This document shows positions 40,101 through 50,600 of a DNA stretch of 64,000 nucleotides, piece after piece (positions within the stretch are counted from its first letter, which is position 1; the number at the start of each line of letters is the position of its first letter). Origin of the DNA: Coriobacteriales bacterium (GTDB lineage Bacteria; Actinomycetota; Coriobacteriia; Coriobacteriales; UBA8131); contig JAITDU010000033.1 in assembly GCA_031282405.1 (NCBI GenBank), forward strand, positions 5,857 through 69,856. Reading direction: 5' to 3'. Under the pieces are notes generated by a model that saw only the letters and a program-made list of their open reading frames with translations, ran no database searches and was not told where the DNA came from. A program made the translations under genes and the position numbers.

Positions 40101-43100
40101 GCACTTTTTCTCGATTGGTACTATCGGTTTCATCCAGGTACGACGCGTTGGCCTCTCGGAAAATGAGGGCATCGTTGTAATCGGTCTTGGTGCGCCAGAG
40201 CGTATAGGTAAACGTATCAGCCAGCTCCGGAGCAGAGAATGTGGACTGGGCGCTAAGCCCGACTGCCGTCTGCGGATCATACATCGGGCGTGGCGTAGAG
40301 GGCAGACTCGTGTTGCCGGGGCCGACCATAGTGTTGAGAATACCGCTCCGATCAACCTCATGGATAATGTTTGTAGTAAAGGCGGCACCGTTATCAGGTA
40401 TCGGCGGCGCCGTCTGAGCAGTACGGATATCTACACCGTGAGGCTTTGAGGATGTGCTCGGACGCATGATCGGATCCGGCTCTCCATTAACGATAGCAAA
40501 GGTATTGACGAACAGATACGACGTGGGGGCGTTGGCCGTGTAATCGGCTATCGACTTGACCAAAAGAGTCAAAGTGGTAGCAGCCGCAGCCTGGGACCCC
40601 GTAAGACCAAAGGTTCCCTCGGTAATCAGCACACCTCCGGTGGGGGTACCACTGGGTGTGGCTCCGCCAGACAGGTCGACAAAAGACGGGGGTGTGCCAT
40701 CGGGACTATAGGCATACCCCTGGCCACTGTAACTCATGTCGTCAGCTCGGTTTGGCCCCAGGGTAGACTTACCGGGAATCAGACTGGTTGAGTTGATCTT
40801 TGCGGTGGCGTTGGGGGCGCGGGTGTCGCCATCCTGCAAACGGCCAAAATACAGCTCAAGTTCGATGTAGGCCATATTGGAAGCCTCGTATTGGAAGGTA
40901 TCGGTATAATCCTCAAGCCATAGTTGTACGGCAAAAGCATGCCCCGCCGGAGGTTGGCCCGAGTCGGCGGCAGTGTCTCGCATATGTAGTTCGACAACAT
41001 TTGGTATTCCCGTATGAATCGAGAAGGTATCCATGGCTATTTTTACAGGCGGCGTCGTAGATAGAGCATCGGTGTCCACGAAGCCATAGATGGTTACACG
41101 GTAAGCAGTGTTCTCCTGAAGGTAATTTTGGTTAAGGGGCAACACAAAGGGGTTGCGACGATCAGTCGCTGTGTCAATACCCTGAGGCGGTGCCAGAGTG
41201 GACAAGTCGCTAAAGGGCACCGTAATTTTGTGCTGCGATGTGGTGGACTCAAAGACCATATCCAGCTGATGGGTAGAATCAACGGTGATAGTACCGCCAT
41301 TAGGATCAATACTAACCACACCCAGGGCCCAGTCATATTGAGTCGTGAGCGGTGAACTTTGGTCATTAGGGACATAGGTAACTATAGGATAGTGATTACC
41401 AAACAGACCCACAGCATCAGAATAATCGCTGGCATACTCTACGACCTTCTCGTTGTCGTTGACCTCGACTATCAAACGCACCTTGTAGATGGTACCCCAG
41501 TTGAGCAAAGAGGGGTTGACATTGTTGGACAGAGGCGAAACATTGGCCAATACAGGCGCGTTCAAAGAAGAATTCAAAATCAGGTCGGGCTTGGTCTGCA
41601 CAGCATCTGCCCGCCAAAATTCGTAACGGTAGTTGACGATAGAGTTTGCCAAGATGGCAGTGATTGCGCCCGGCTGTGCCGAGATTGTCATGTTGGGATT
41701 GCTTCCAAAGACCTTGGGAGCGGCAACGGTGGCTCCTGCAAGATTTTGCAGCGTGGCTATGCTCAGTTGGTCGCCGTAGTTTGCTATTGTGGTATTGGTC
41801 GATGTGGAACCATCGCTGTACGTTACCGTGACCTGCTCAACAGCAACCCGATAGACACTGTTGGGATCAAGGTTGTTGAACTGCACGAAGTTGTCGCCGG
41901 CTTGGGGCTGCACGATCTGATCATCCACAAGTAGCCCGTTTTCATCATAAAGGACAATATGCGCCGAAGTAGCACCCGAGAAGTCCTCCTTGCGTAGATT
42001 CACGGCGATGCTATCTGAGGTGATCGTCTCTTTGACCAGCGAAAGCCCTACGTCATCGGCGATTATGGTTTTGGAGATAAAATCGGCTGTATAGATCTCG
42101 TCGGAGCCGGAACTGTTCGGCACCCGGTATTGGGCCGATATAGTGAGCTTGTAGGCCTTGTTGGGAACCAACGGCTCATAACCGAACGGCCAGGGATTAC
42201 CTTCTCCCACCATGCCGGCATTAACATTGGGGGTCTCTATCAAAGTGATGCCGGTCTGGGCATCTACAAGACGCATGATTACCGAACCGTCTACCAACAC
42301 GCCTTCGTCATCGAGAATCACAACGTATCCCTGCACCGACACCGAGTTGTAAGAAAAGCTCTGCAATTCAAAGACAGGCTTTATGAACTGCTCGACTTTG
42401 GTTTGACTACCGCCTGCTCCATTCTCATCAACATCGCTGCCCACACCAGAGGAGCCGGATGCACCCTCGGAGCCCGAAGCACCGTTGTCTCCGCTGGAAC
42501 CGCGCTCTCCGCCAACACCCGGTGTACCCGACTGACCATCAACGCCCTGGATCACGGTAAAGGTGGGGATAGTAACAGCTGATAGGGCCTCGCGCTCTAC
42601 TTGGGTGATGTCGGTATTATCGGAGTTTCCAACCAGGAGATTGCTCAAGGGCAACTGAGCTTGGTCGTTGACAGCCACACCGTTGTAGAGATCGACGACA
42701 GGGCCGTTGTTGACCGACAGTTGTGCTATGGGAGAGATAGTTAATATTGTAGTATTAGAATCGCTTATTTGCATAACACCGTCATCGATATAATCGACCT
42801 CGACAAAATCGTTGAAATTATACGGGGCACCCTCTGACAGTTGCAAACTGAGGTCTTGTCCCATGATCATCATCTTGCTGGCACTGAGCTTCCACAGGAC
42901 GCTATCCAGCAAAATAGTCTCACCCATATGGTCAATACCAAAGCCGGAGCCACTGTTGGATAGGTGGGTTCCCGTTTCAATATTAAAGGCCGACATGTCG
43001 TTGGGCTGGAGCTTGCTCAAATCAAGCAACACGCCTGGCTTCAGGGCCGCCACCGAGCCGTCGGCGTAATGTACAAAGCCGTAGTTTTCAACAGTGGCCT

Positions 43101-43356
43101 TCTCATTGGTCGCCGAGTCCACAAAAGTGAGTTTGTCGTTTTGATAATTGGTTTGATAATTAACCCCGGCATCAAACGTGGCCTGCACACTGTCATAGCC
43201 GCTCTCATCATTTTCGACCTTATCGGCGATAACATATCCACTTTGCTCAAAAGCCTTACCCTGGGTTAGATTTGTTGTGACCAGAAAGGCACCTCCACCA
43301 ACACACACTACAGCGAGCGCAAGCAATATGAACAGTGCTCTACTCTTCCATACCAT
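37189..43356 (-). CDS. N-terminally anchored 2055-aa surface protein with a collagen-like G-X-Y tract and many FN3/Ig-like repeats
   Basis: N-terminus MVWKSRALFILLALAVVCVGGGAFLV. There are 12 consecutive G-X-Y triplets at residues 271-306. The motifs LVPNKAYKLTISAQY, LDPNSVYRVAVEQV, LEPNSTYKFQVYGHF and IVPNSVYNVSVYAGV recur. No C-terminal anchor. Confidence 0.85.
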   Translation of the reverse strand: MVWKSRALFILLALAVVCVGGGAFLVTTNLTQGKAFEQSGYVIADKVENDESGYDSVQATFDAGVNYQTNYQNDKLTFVDSATNEKATVENYGFVHYADGSVAALKPGVLLDLSKLQPNDMSAFNIETGTHLSNSGSGFGIDHMGETILLDSVLWKLSASKMMIMGQDLSLQLSEGAPYNFNDFVEVDYIDDGVMQISDSNTTILTISPIAQLSVNNGPVVDLYNGVAVNDQAQLPLSNLLVGNSDNTDITQVEREALSAVTIPTFTVIQGVDGQSGTPGVGGERGSSGDNGASGSEGASGSSGVGSDVDENGAGGSQTKVEQFIKPVFELQSFSYNSVSVQGYVVILDDEGVLVDGSVIMRLVDAQTGITLIETPNVNAGMVGEGNPWPFGYEPLVPNKAYKLTISAQYRVPNSSGSDEIYTADFISKTIIADDVGLSLVKETITSDSIAVNLRKEDFSGATSAHIVLYDENGLLVDDQIVQPQAGDNFVQFNNLDPNSVYRVAVEQVTVTYSDGSTSTNTTIANYGDQLSIATLQNLAGATVAAPKVFGSNPNMTISAQPGAITAILANSIVNYRYEFWRADAVQTKPDLILNSSLNAPVLANVSPLSNNVNPSLLNWGTIYKVRLIVEVNDNEKVVEYASDYSDAVGLFGNHYPIVTYVPNDQSSPLTTQYDWALGVVSIDPNGGTITVDSTHQLDMVFESTTSQHKITVPFSDLSTLAPPQGIDTATDRRNPFVLPLNQNYLQENTAYRVTIYGFVDTDALSTTPPVKIAMDTFSIHTGIPNVVELHMRDTAADSGQPPAGHAFAVQLWLEDYTDTFQYEASNMAYIELELYFGRLQDGDTRAPNATAKINSTSLIPGKSTLGPNRADDMSYSGQGYAYSPDGTPPSFVDLSGGATPSGTPTGGVLITEGTFGLTGSQAAAATTLTLLVKSIADYTANAPTSYLFVNTFAIVNGEPDPIMRPSTSSKPHGVDIRTAQTAPPIPDNGAAFTTNIIHEVDRSGILNTMVGPGNTSLPSTPRPMYDPQTAVGLSAQSTFSAPELADTFTYTLWRTKTDYNDALIFREANASYLDETDSTNREKVLDVKLPVYKNGNVYQAPLLNVGFGQGTNVLPSGNQNGDMQNNNSAAYTVYLASIGSGTDVGQNQIAGYDSEDDGRGYHYYFTYTADLSKLADPNSGVSYIYPNDYSDGTSTNYSGVQLTSKRLSAPRQIPQFKFYPATSDTSQEIWNYRLNVLDDGVFVDSNGDPLAAGQVRLNNPPSGAGSPYTADLTVTPNATGLDYQPLIISPLYANTTFTLKYYQKLYQYTDIGADPSRYEQTLLNQYHRSLLTVADVESQYGGATLYSNPARNSLFVAYQQMSGTEMGSVAGIWVSVEPTNINSQATAWAGLLDIKLDTPDPNDSVTQYASVEIPMATLSAHNFVAGENIEVSTQVLFDSGKSGFDILSTATEGGFALQSQGPNASAAGTYQTPGSVVGSFAASSVASGGAYFLQADSTGGNSSGILTLDIGMPYNGKLNYESIIRPAFHGDLALDFTSLGSRIADTNNYITAKELLVTTRESMASTMPSIIPQISSYSASATADGADINFYLEGAAGVLDTPQNYHIKLYKAGSPGNPDVLVSDDWGGGFPADDQSTNSFTFTGLEPNSTYKFQVYGHFTTALDASVTPALPNTQAYYFYDTAQKAAGREYTFTTVANIIIGGDNALAFSADFWAQSYSNKFLQLKYSLSSTRGFKIAYTFVDNTNGGQTLVINSPAGYYTLNMEDNIPIGGQSGSYHDFFVPSHNYTVTINAVSNTGSTQLGSLGPVNFTLRTLVEPTFIVTATPSWNKDATPDPRSEIAITVAVNDPDWTIINSNYYLGVVQQNSTLPTDFSLKQTTPAVGTYIEASNIVPNSVYNVSVYAGVNLQNVFPTPPALVMPNNVDDPALPSFLQRAVNVIAVDANTVSAGDINARILTNGTTQLTFDNSINLNNGTAPYIQYSITSITNGTVLSTRTTAFNPVEVGSGAAAYKTFDLPGSQITLSGKYFIEYRLLDSSYNVLPGTGCSGTIMVIK

Positions 43357-43470
43357 AGTTACCGACTCCCCTCAGATGTCGATGATCCTGATGATTTCCC
43401 GTTCATCGTTGTTGTCTCCCACATATCCGTCAACTTCCTCCTCGTATGTCTTTATCTATCATGCTGTGTG

Positions 43471-44106
43471 TCAAATCTCTTCGATGTCCCCGTCATCGTG
43501 TTCAGCCACAGGGCTGGCCAATATGTCAGTCCGCAAATCTTCAGGAGCATTCTCTCCAAGAAGCGGGTCGTCCTCTGGCAGACTGTTCGAATCATCAGTA
43601 GGTTCTCCAAGTTGCTTATCCAGTTCTTCGATATAGCCTTCGAGCTTAGCGATGTCTGCCTTCAGCTTCTCGATTTTGGCGTTTGTCTGTTCCACCAGTT
43701 TTTCATAGGTAGCTATCAGCTTTTCATCTGGATGGGCTTTATCCCAAAGGGCCGACAGCATACCCTGAGCACTTTGCAACTCCAGTTCAGCTTGCGCCAA
43801 CTCAGTCTTTTTAAGCTCCCATTGTTCCTGCAACAGGAGCTTTTCGGCCGCGGCTTTAGCGTGGATATCGTCTGCGACCTCTTCGGATTCGCCAGCAGCA
43901 ACGCTGTGTGTACAGCCGGGCAATACCAGAGCAGAACACACTACCATTGCAAAAATAAGCAGCGAGATGACCAGGACATTTGACGTCTTTCCCCTATCGA
44001 CAGCTAAGAGCGCCTTTGCAGAGACATAACCACCCAGTTCTTTGTTTTGTATTTCAAAGAACAGACTATCACTGCTGCAACGCGCTGCCTTTTGATTGGA
44101 AAACAT
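43471..44106 (-). CDS. Putative coiled-coil lipoprotein (211 aa) with an acidic tail
   Basis: ATG preceded by GGAGG. Hydrophobic segment ending LVLPGC (lipobox-like, with Pro at -2 atypical). Long heptad-like segment (EKLLLQEQWELKKTELAQAELELQSAQ...KIEKLKADIAKLEGYIEELDKQL). Asp/Glu-rich C-terminus. Confidence 0.65.
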   Translation of the reverse strand: MFSNQKAARCSSDSLFFEIQNKELGGYVSAKALLAVDRGKTSNVLVISLLIFAMVVCSALVLPGCTHSVAAGESEEVADDIHAKAAAEKLLLQEQWELKKTELAQAELELQSAQGMLSALWDKAHPDEKLIATYEKLVEQTNAKIEKLKADIAKLEGYIEELDKQLGEPTDDSNSLPEDDPLLGENAPEDLRTDILASPVAEHDDGDIEEI

Positions 44107-44582
44107 AAAGCCTCCACAAAAAGGAACGGATTACCTACCTATTTATTTTTTTGTGCGAGAAGTCTAGTAACAGACCCCATAAACACCCCCCCTCCCTCTC
44201 AAAAATTATCGTACTTCCGTGTACCGGACTCACGACCATTCTTTGAGGGAAGGACACAATTTGTTACGTGAACACTATAACATATTGATTTGTGGAGGCT
44301 GTACAGTTTTATATGATTTTTGCCCATCAACACAAAAACGTGCACAGTTTAAGCGTAGCGCGTGTCCTGCGTGGAGCGCTTGAAAACCGTTGGGATTCAT
44401 TTATGGACCGTTTGTGGAGCTTCTGTGGAATACAAACACCGTTCCGCCATTGCGAGGCGGCAAGCCAGTCTGATAAAGAAAAGTCGCTACCTCGTTAAAG
44501 CCCAGTGTAAAGTTGTAAGAGTTTGCAACTCCAGTACAAAAGTAATGGTTTATAGCGACACCTGGATTGCCGCGCCCCCTAA

Positions 44583-44614
44583 GAGGGCTCAGGATGACAG
44601 TATGCTGAGCCCTC
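44583..44614 (-). terminator. Stem-loop immediately downstream of the 4726-aa gene (possible terminator without a U-tract)
   Basis: gagggctcag (44583-44592) and ctgagccctc (44605-44614) form a perfect 10-bp stem with a 12-nt loop, 14 nt after the stop codon. There is no T-run on the minus strand. Confidence 0.45.
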
Positions 44615-44627
44615 GCAACACGTTTCC

Positions 44628-47600
44628 TTAAAGCCCTCGGGCTTTTTTGCGCCGAATCGTAACTACCGCCACTGTTGCAGCTATGAGTCCTGCCGCGAGC
44701 AAAATGACAACGGCAATAAGCAGAGGATTTAAGGTGCCTACACCGTTTATATCCTCACTTGGTGCGCTCGTAGTCACCTCGGGCGTTGTTTGTGTAGCTT
44801 TGTCGACAGAAGCGACAGTTTCGATGGCACTTGCGTCCGTAGTACTGCTACCACCGGCGGCTGGGCCGGTGCCGTGCGGTCGATTAATCGTGAAAACGGC
44901 AGCGCCTTGGCCAACACTGTAGCCGTCATCAAAGTGTACGACTAGTTCATGAGTGTCATTACCCAAGGTATCTACAAACTCCGGCGTTAAAACAATGAGT
45001 GCGCTCCCTTTAGCGAGGGTGCCTGCGTCCTTATCTTGATAGACCATCTCACGTGGATTTGTACCGCTTAGAGCACTGAGGCTAAAGTCCTGACCATTGA
45101 GTTCCACACGAGAGATAGTAGTATATTCGCCTTTTACCCTTATCAAAACGCCTATACCAGTCGTGTATATGCCGCCTTCGGCAGAGTTTTCCTGCAGAGG
45201 GTGATCGGACACAAGTGCCAGCGTCGACGCATCGAGTTCAGCCAAAAGAGACTCGGCCACACCTTGCGAAAGAGGCGGAGCACCAAGGGCAAGTGCTTTT
45301 CTTGCCGCCTCAAAAGCTGCTTCAAAGCGAGATAAGGCCACAGCGTCGTAGTTTTCAGGCGCTATGTTCACGCGTTGTAAAACGGGCCGTTTGGAAGATA
45401 TATCGTTTTCAAGTTCTTCTGTGGCCTTTTCTGTAGCTGTCACAACAAACTTAACCAAAAGCGGAAGGGGCACATAGGCATTGTCATATGAGGCGTCTGG
45501 CGTAAATAAAGCGGGCGCATAAAATACCCCATCATCAAATACGCTCCATACCTTGCCTGTCTCATCGGTGCTTGTCTCATAATCCTGAGCACCGGGCACA
45601 ACATGAGCGGGGTCTACGCCTACTCCAAAGTCCCAATCAAGGTTTCCGTAAAGACTCATGCCGTCCAGATCCGTAACACCTTCAAACACATAGTTGTCTG
45701 GCCCCTGCAAAAGCGCATCGGGGTCTTTTGTTACAGCGTCGCCAAAGGCCAGAGTAGCTGTATGCAAAGGATAAGAGGTCACCGTTATCACTGCCGGGGT
45801 GATATCAATAGCAAGTTCTATCTCCAGGGGCACATAAAGGCCCGTAGGAGGCGAAACGCTAAAGTCTACAATGTACTCCGGATACGGCGTAAATACCGCT
45901 GTTGCAGTTTGAATACCCGTCTTTGAGGTAAGGATTTGGTCAGGGTCTTTCCACGACCAGGAGCCCTTATCAGTGATGTCAGTCGCAGAGCTTTTATCTG
46001 TCGGCTCGGCAATCACACAACCGTTGTCTAAAAACTCTACCTCAGACACCTCGCCGCCATAGACACCGGTGCTGAGCGAGGGTTTGGTGTCTACTTCTGT
46101 CTTAGGCGACCACACACTAAAGAATGCCGGGGTTATAAAGGTATCCACACGTTTATCGCCGGGGATAAACTGGGCGTTGCGTTGGTATACGCCCTCTGTT
46201 GCAAACGCTTCGTTGGGATCTTCGTCAGGTGCCCATAACCACACGCCTTCAAGCGCCTCAGGTGTATCTCCCAGCGTATAGACCACATCGCCGGTTATCT
46301 CAGAAGTGCTAAGAGTGTCTTGCCCCGGCGGGTTGGAGAATAGTGTTGAGCCTTGGGGGTATTCGGTGTACTCAACAGTGGTACCTGCCATCCTCGGCAG
46401 TGCCTTAAGCACCACTATTGCTGCGGTACCGCTGAGCGTGGTGTAGTTTTTGGCCACCGCATAATATGGGTTGGCGGGGTCATCCACCGGGGTGAACTCA
46501 ACCGTATATGAATAACTGAGAGCCAACTCTGCGTCTTCGTTGCCGGGAATAGTTTGGTTTACGTTCGCGTCCCATGCCAGCGTGCCGGCCGAGGTAATAT
46601 CTACACCGCCTGCGCCTAAGACCTGTGTACCACCGAGCAAAGATGCCTCTACATACTCGCCAAAGTGGATGGATGAGGCTTGAGGCGAGCCGGTAGCCCA
46701 CAGGGGAGTAGCCTTGGTCACAAGAGCGCTAACGTTGGTGGGAAAAGGCGTGTCGCTCAGTTTATAACAATTAGCCTTACCACCATTCAGTTTAATGCCA
46801 AAAAACTCTACCGGCTTGGGCTGGGCTGTGCCACTGGCATCTAACACCACATCAGGCCCGTCGGTAAACGATGCACTCGCGGCACTGATATCTACGCCCA
46901 CTGAATTTTTATCGCTCCACTCGGCGTCATCTTTTACTCCTACCACTTCAAAATGGCCGTTTAAGACTTTGTTGGTGCCCACAAGGGCCACATCCGCAGT
47001 AGCGTCATAGACGCGCGTATCGGGCAAAAGCTCATTGGGTATATAGGCAATGCTTACCGGCTTGGGCAAGATTACTACGTGCACCGATACCTCTGTAGCC
47101 GCGTTATAGTTTGCGTCGCCTGCTTTGGCGAGATAAATATTGACCTCTCCTGTTGTGATGGGCGAGAAGGTGCACGTCGCATTGCCTGCGCTGGTCTGTG
47201 CGCTCAAAACAGCGGTGTTGTAGGTCCATACATAATCACTCGTAGATTCTGCTTCACCAGAAGCGCTGAGGGCAAAGCTCGTACCATAGATAACATCAGG
47301 CAGGGTATCTCCGGTGTAATCAGTGCCGTTTAACGAGATATGCAGTGCGCTTTGTGCGGCTTTTGATACGGAATATGCTGGTAAGAGCGCGCCTTCATCA
47401 TCGAGGTAGTTACCGTCCCCTGAATAGACAGCGCTCAGGCTGTGTGGGCCCACGCTTAAAATGGAGGTTTTGAGAAGGGCCGTGCCGTTACTATCTACGT
47501 TGACGGGATCTCCTAATGAAGCCTCCCCGTCAAAGAACTCGACGGTGCCCTGGGGCACAGCTTTGCCAGCAACACCGGTAACCGTGGCCGTAAGCGTGAC

Positions 47601-50600
47601 CTCATCACCATAATCAGAGCCTGCTGGAGGCGCGGCGGTAAGTGCAAGCGTGCTTGTGGCCTTGTTTACGGTCAGGGCCAGAGCGGGGCTTTGCGGCGCG
47701 TCGTTGCCTGTTGTGCCAGCCGTATAGCTCACACCTTGGGGGTTTACGGTCATAGTGAGGATATAGGGTGTCTCGCTGGGAGTAAGACGCTCCAGGAATG
47801 CAGACGTGAGGGTAAGGGTGCCGGGGGTGCCGGGGGTGCCGGGGGTAGTGTTGTAGTCGGTGCCAAGCGCAAGCGTGTAGCTCGTGTCTATAGCACCCGA
47901 AGGGGCCGGCACGCAGACAAGTTGGGAGATGGTGTTCTGGTTATCTGTGTAGGCAACCGTAACCGCTGTGCCGCCAAAGCGTGTGTAGCCGGCGGTCGCA
48001 TCCAGTGAGCTGTCCGCGTAAAAAACGATACCCTCACTTGCAATGGCGTGTGCGTTTTCTACCGCATCACGCGCGCGTACATAGACGTAGTATTTGCCTG
48101 TGCTTGGCAGCGCGGCGTTTAGAGGAGAACCCTCAGTGATTGCAACCCAAGTCTGTGTGGTGTCTTCCAGGGCTGCGGCTTCGTCTGCAAACAACGGGCC
48201 TGTACCGGTATCGGTATAGATCAGATACTCAAGCCCGTTTGCACTAGCCAGGCCGCTGCCGTTGTCTGTGGCACGTATCGCAAGCGTGGGCGCTATGCCT
48301 TTGTAAAAGTGCGTGTAGCCTGAATCAGGACTGCTAAAGCTGTCGTAGCTGGTAGAACGAATGGTCAGCTCTAACTCAGGAGACGTGGTATCAAGCCCTA
48401 TGGTGGCCGTATGTTGTGCCTCGGTGTTGTTGTAGATATCCACCGACCAGTAGGTAATCGTATGCGAACCGTCCTGGCCGCTTAAGGCAAACGGGGCGCT
48501 GTAGGTCTGCTGCACACCACCGTCAAGTGTGTAGTAGGTCGTGGGAGAAGCACTACCGTCTGTGGCGTTTAGGGTTATGGTGCCGCTGGCATTGACCCAT
48601 CCGCCCGTGGGATCGATTGTTGTTACCGGAGCCGTGGATTCTACGTAGTGTGCCTGAATAGCAATCGGAGTATCTCCCGGTGTAGCAGGCATCGTGATAG
48701 TAGCCGGGCTGGTCGTGGCAATCGTACCTACATCTACGCCTGCAGTTTGTTCCCACGACCAGAATTTATAGCCTGAAGGTGCCGTAGCTGCGGTAAGAGT
48801 AACCGCGCGTGAAGCTTCATAGTAACCCACATTGGCAGTAGCGCCACTTCCGTTTATACCGTATTCTCCAAATGGCGTGGGTGCCTGAACATCTGGGGTC
48901 GTATCTGCACTCAACTCGACTTTATAGGTAGGAATAATGTCTGAGACACTAAAGGTACCTTGGGCCTCCGATAGATAAGGAGTGCCGCTTGGGTCATGTT
49001 CAAACACAACGGCTATGGTGTAGGTGCCATTTATCCGTGTCCAGTCCTCGTTGAGCACTACGATAAGTTGGTTTTTTAGCTCGGTAGGCGGCTCACCAGG
49101 AGGAGCATCGGTAAAATGAAATACCTGGTTTGCATCCCAGGTTGTGCTGTAGGCATCGGCATCAAGGACAAAAAACGTGCTCTCGCCGGGGCGCTTTATC
49201 CTGACCTCTTTGACTATTGCATCAGGTAACGTAGCGGGGTCATCTCCCATATCGACGCTGGTACGAAGCGAAAGCGCGGCGGCTTTGTACGCCTCACCTG
49301 AAATACCAGGCAGCGTCTGATAACCGTCTATGTCGGTGAGGTAGTTATAGCCTAAAGGACCTAAGAAGTATATGGCATCGGTGAAGGTTTCCTCGCTTTT
49401 TACTATAGTGCCGTCTACCTCGATTTTTTCAGGAGCAAAGTTGTCGATGGAAAGGAACACACCACCGTCAGGCTCCACAAAGTCCTCATCGAGTATAAAA
49501 AGTGCTCTCCAGGTAAGCGCGTACTTCTTTTTATCCGCGCCTTCTGAAGGATAGTAGTAAGCATCGGCATCTGCATAGGCCACCTGGATAATATCAAGGC
49601 CGTCTACAGGATCGCCGCTTGCATCTGTTATCTTTACAGGGCCGGGATAAGGGACGCCGCCGTCAGGCAGGTATTGAATACCGCTTTGCCACGCGCTGAG
49701 ATTATGAGGGTCTGTTAGAGAATCAGATGCAACAGCAGGTCCGGCTACTATGGCGTGGTAGTCCAGGCCATCCGCTACAGGCTCAGCCAACGTGAACTGG
49801 ATATAGCTGGTAGAGTAGCCATTTAGGATAGTAACGGCCTTGGCGCTTTCAATCTTTCTGGCTACCTCTACTTTTGGATAGGCATAGAGATTAGGGTCAT
49901 TACTCATCTGACTTAACTGGAACCAATAAATATCCTCTTTACCATTTTTGTCAGAGCGTATCTTTACCTGGGTCGTATCGTTTGTCTTAGCGCTCATATG
50001 CGGGGTTATGGCAAGCTCATAGACTTTGTAATCGTCATTTTCTGGGTCATTGATAAAGTCTGTAGAGCCAGGCGTTTTTTCTACAGCGCCATATAACACC
50101 ACCTCATCAAAGCGCAGGCCCGGGGCATCAAGTGTGCCCACAATGGGATATACAAAGGTCAAGGTCAGCCTGTCAGAAACACCGTCGCCATCGCTGTCTG
50201 ACAAAACTGCTCCTGCGGTATCTACCGGCTCTGCAAACGTGGCGTAAGGATGTACGGTAAAGCTGACGTCTTGGGTCTCGTCCGGAATACCATTGTCGTA
50301 GCTTATCTTCAGTTTTGCCGTATAGGTGCCCGGGTCAAGGCCAGAAGCAGGTTGGACCGTCCAAGAGGTCTGTGCCTCTGAGGGTGGGATCAACATAAAG
50401 TCATCTGTACTCATGTCCCACTCAACATCGCTTACTGTTCCACTTGCATCCGTGTTAACCACACGCGTCAAATCTGTGTCGCTTGACACATCATAGCCTT
50501 GCAACTTGTCATTGAAGATGACGCTTTCGTAGTTGTGGATGAAGAAGTCTGTAGGCACAGAGGTAAAGCGGCTGCCTTCTACCACTTTAACGCGAATCTG

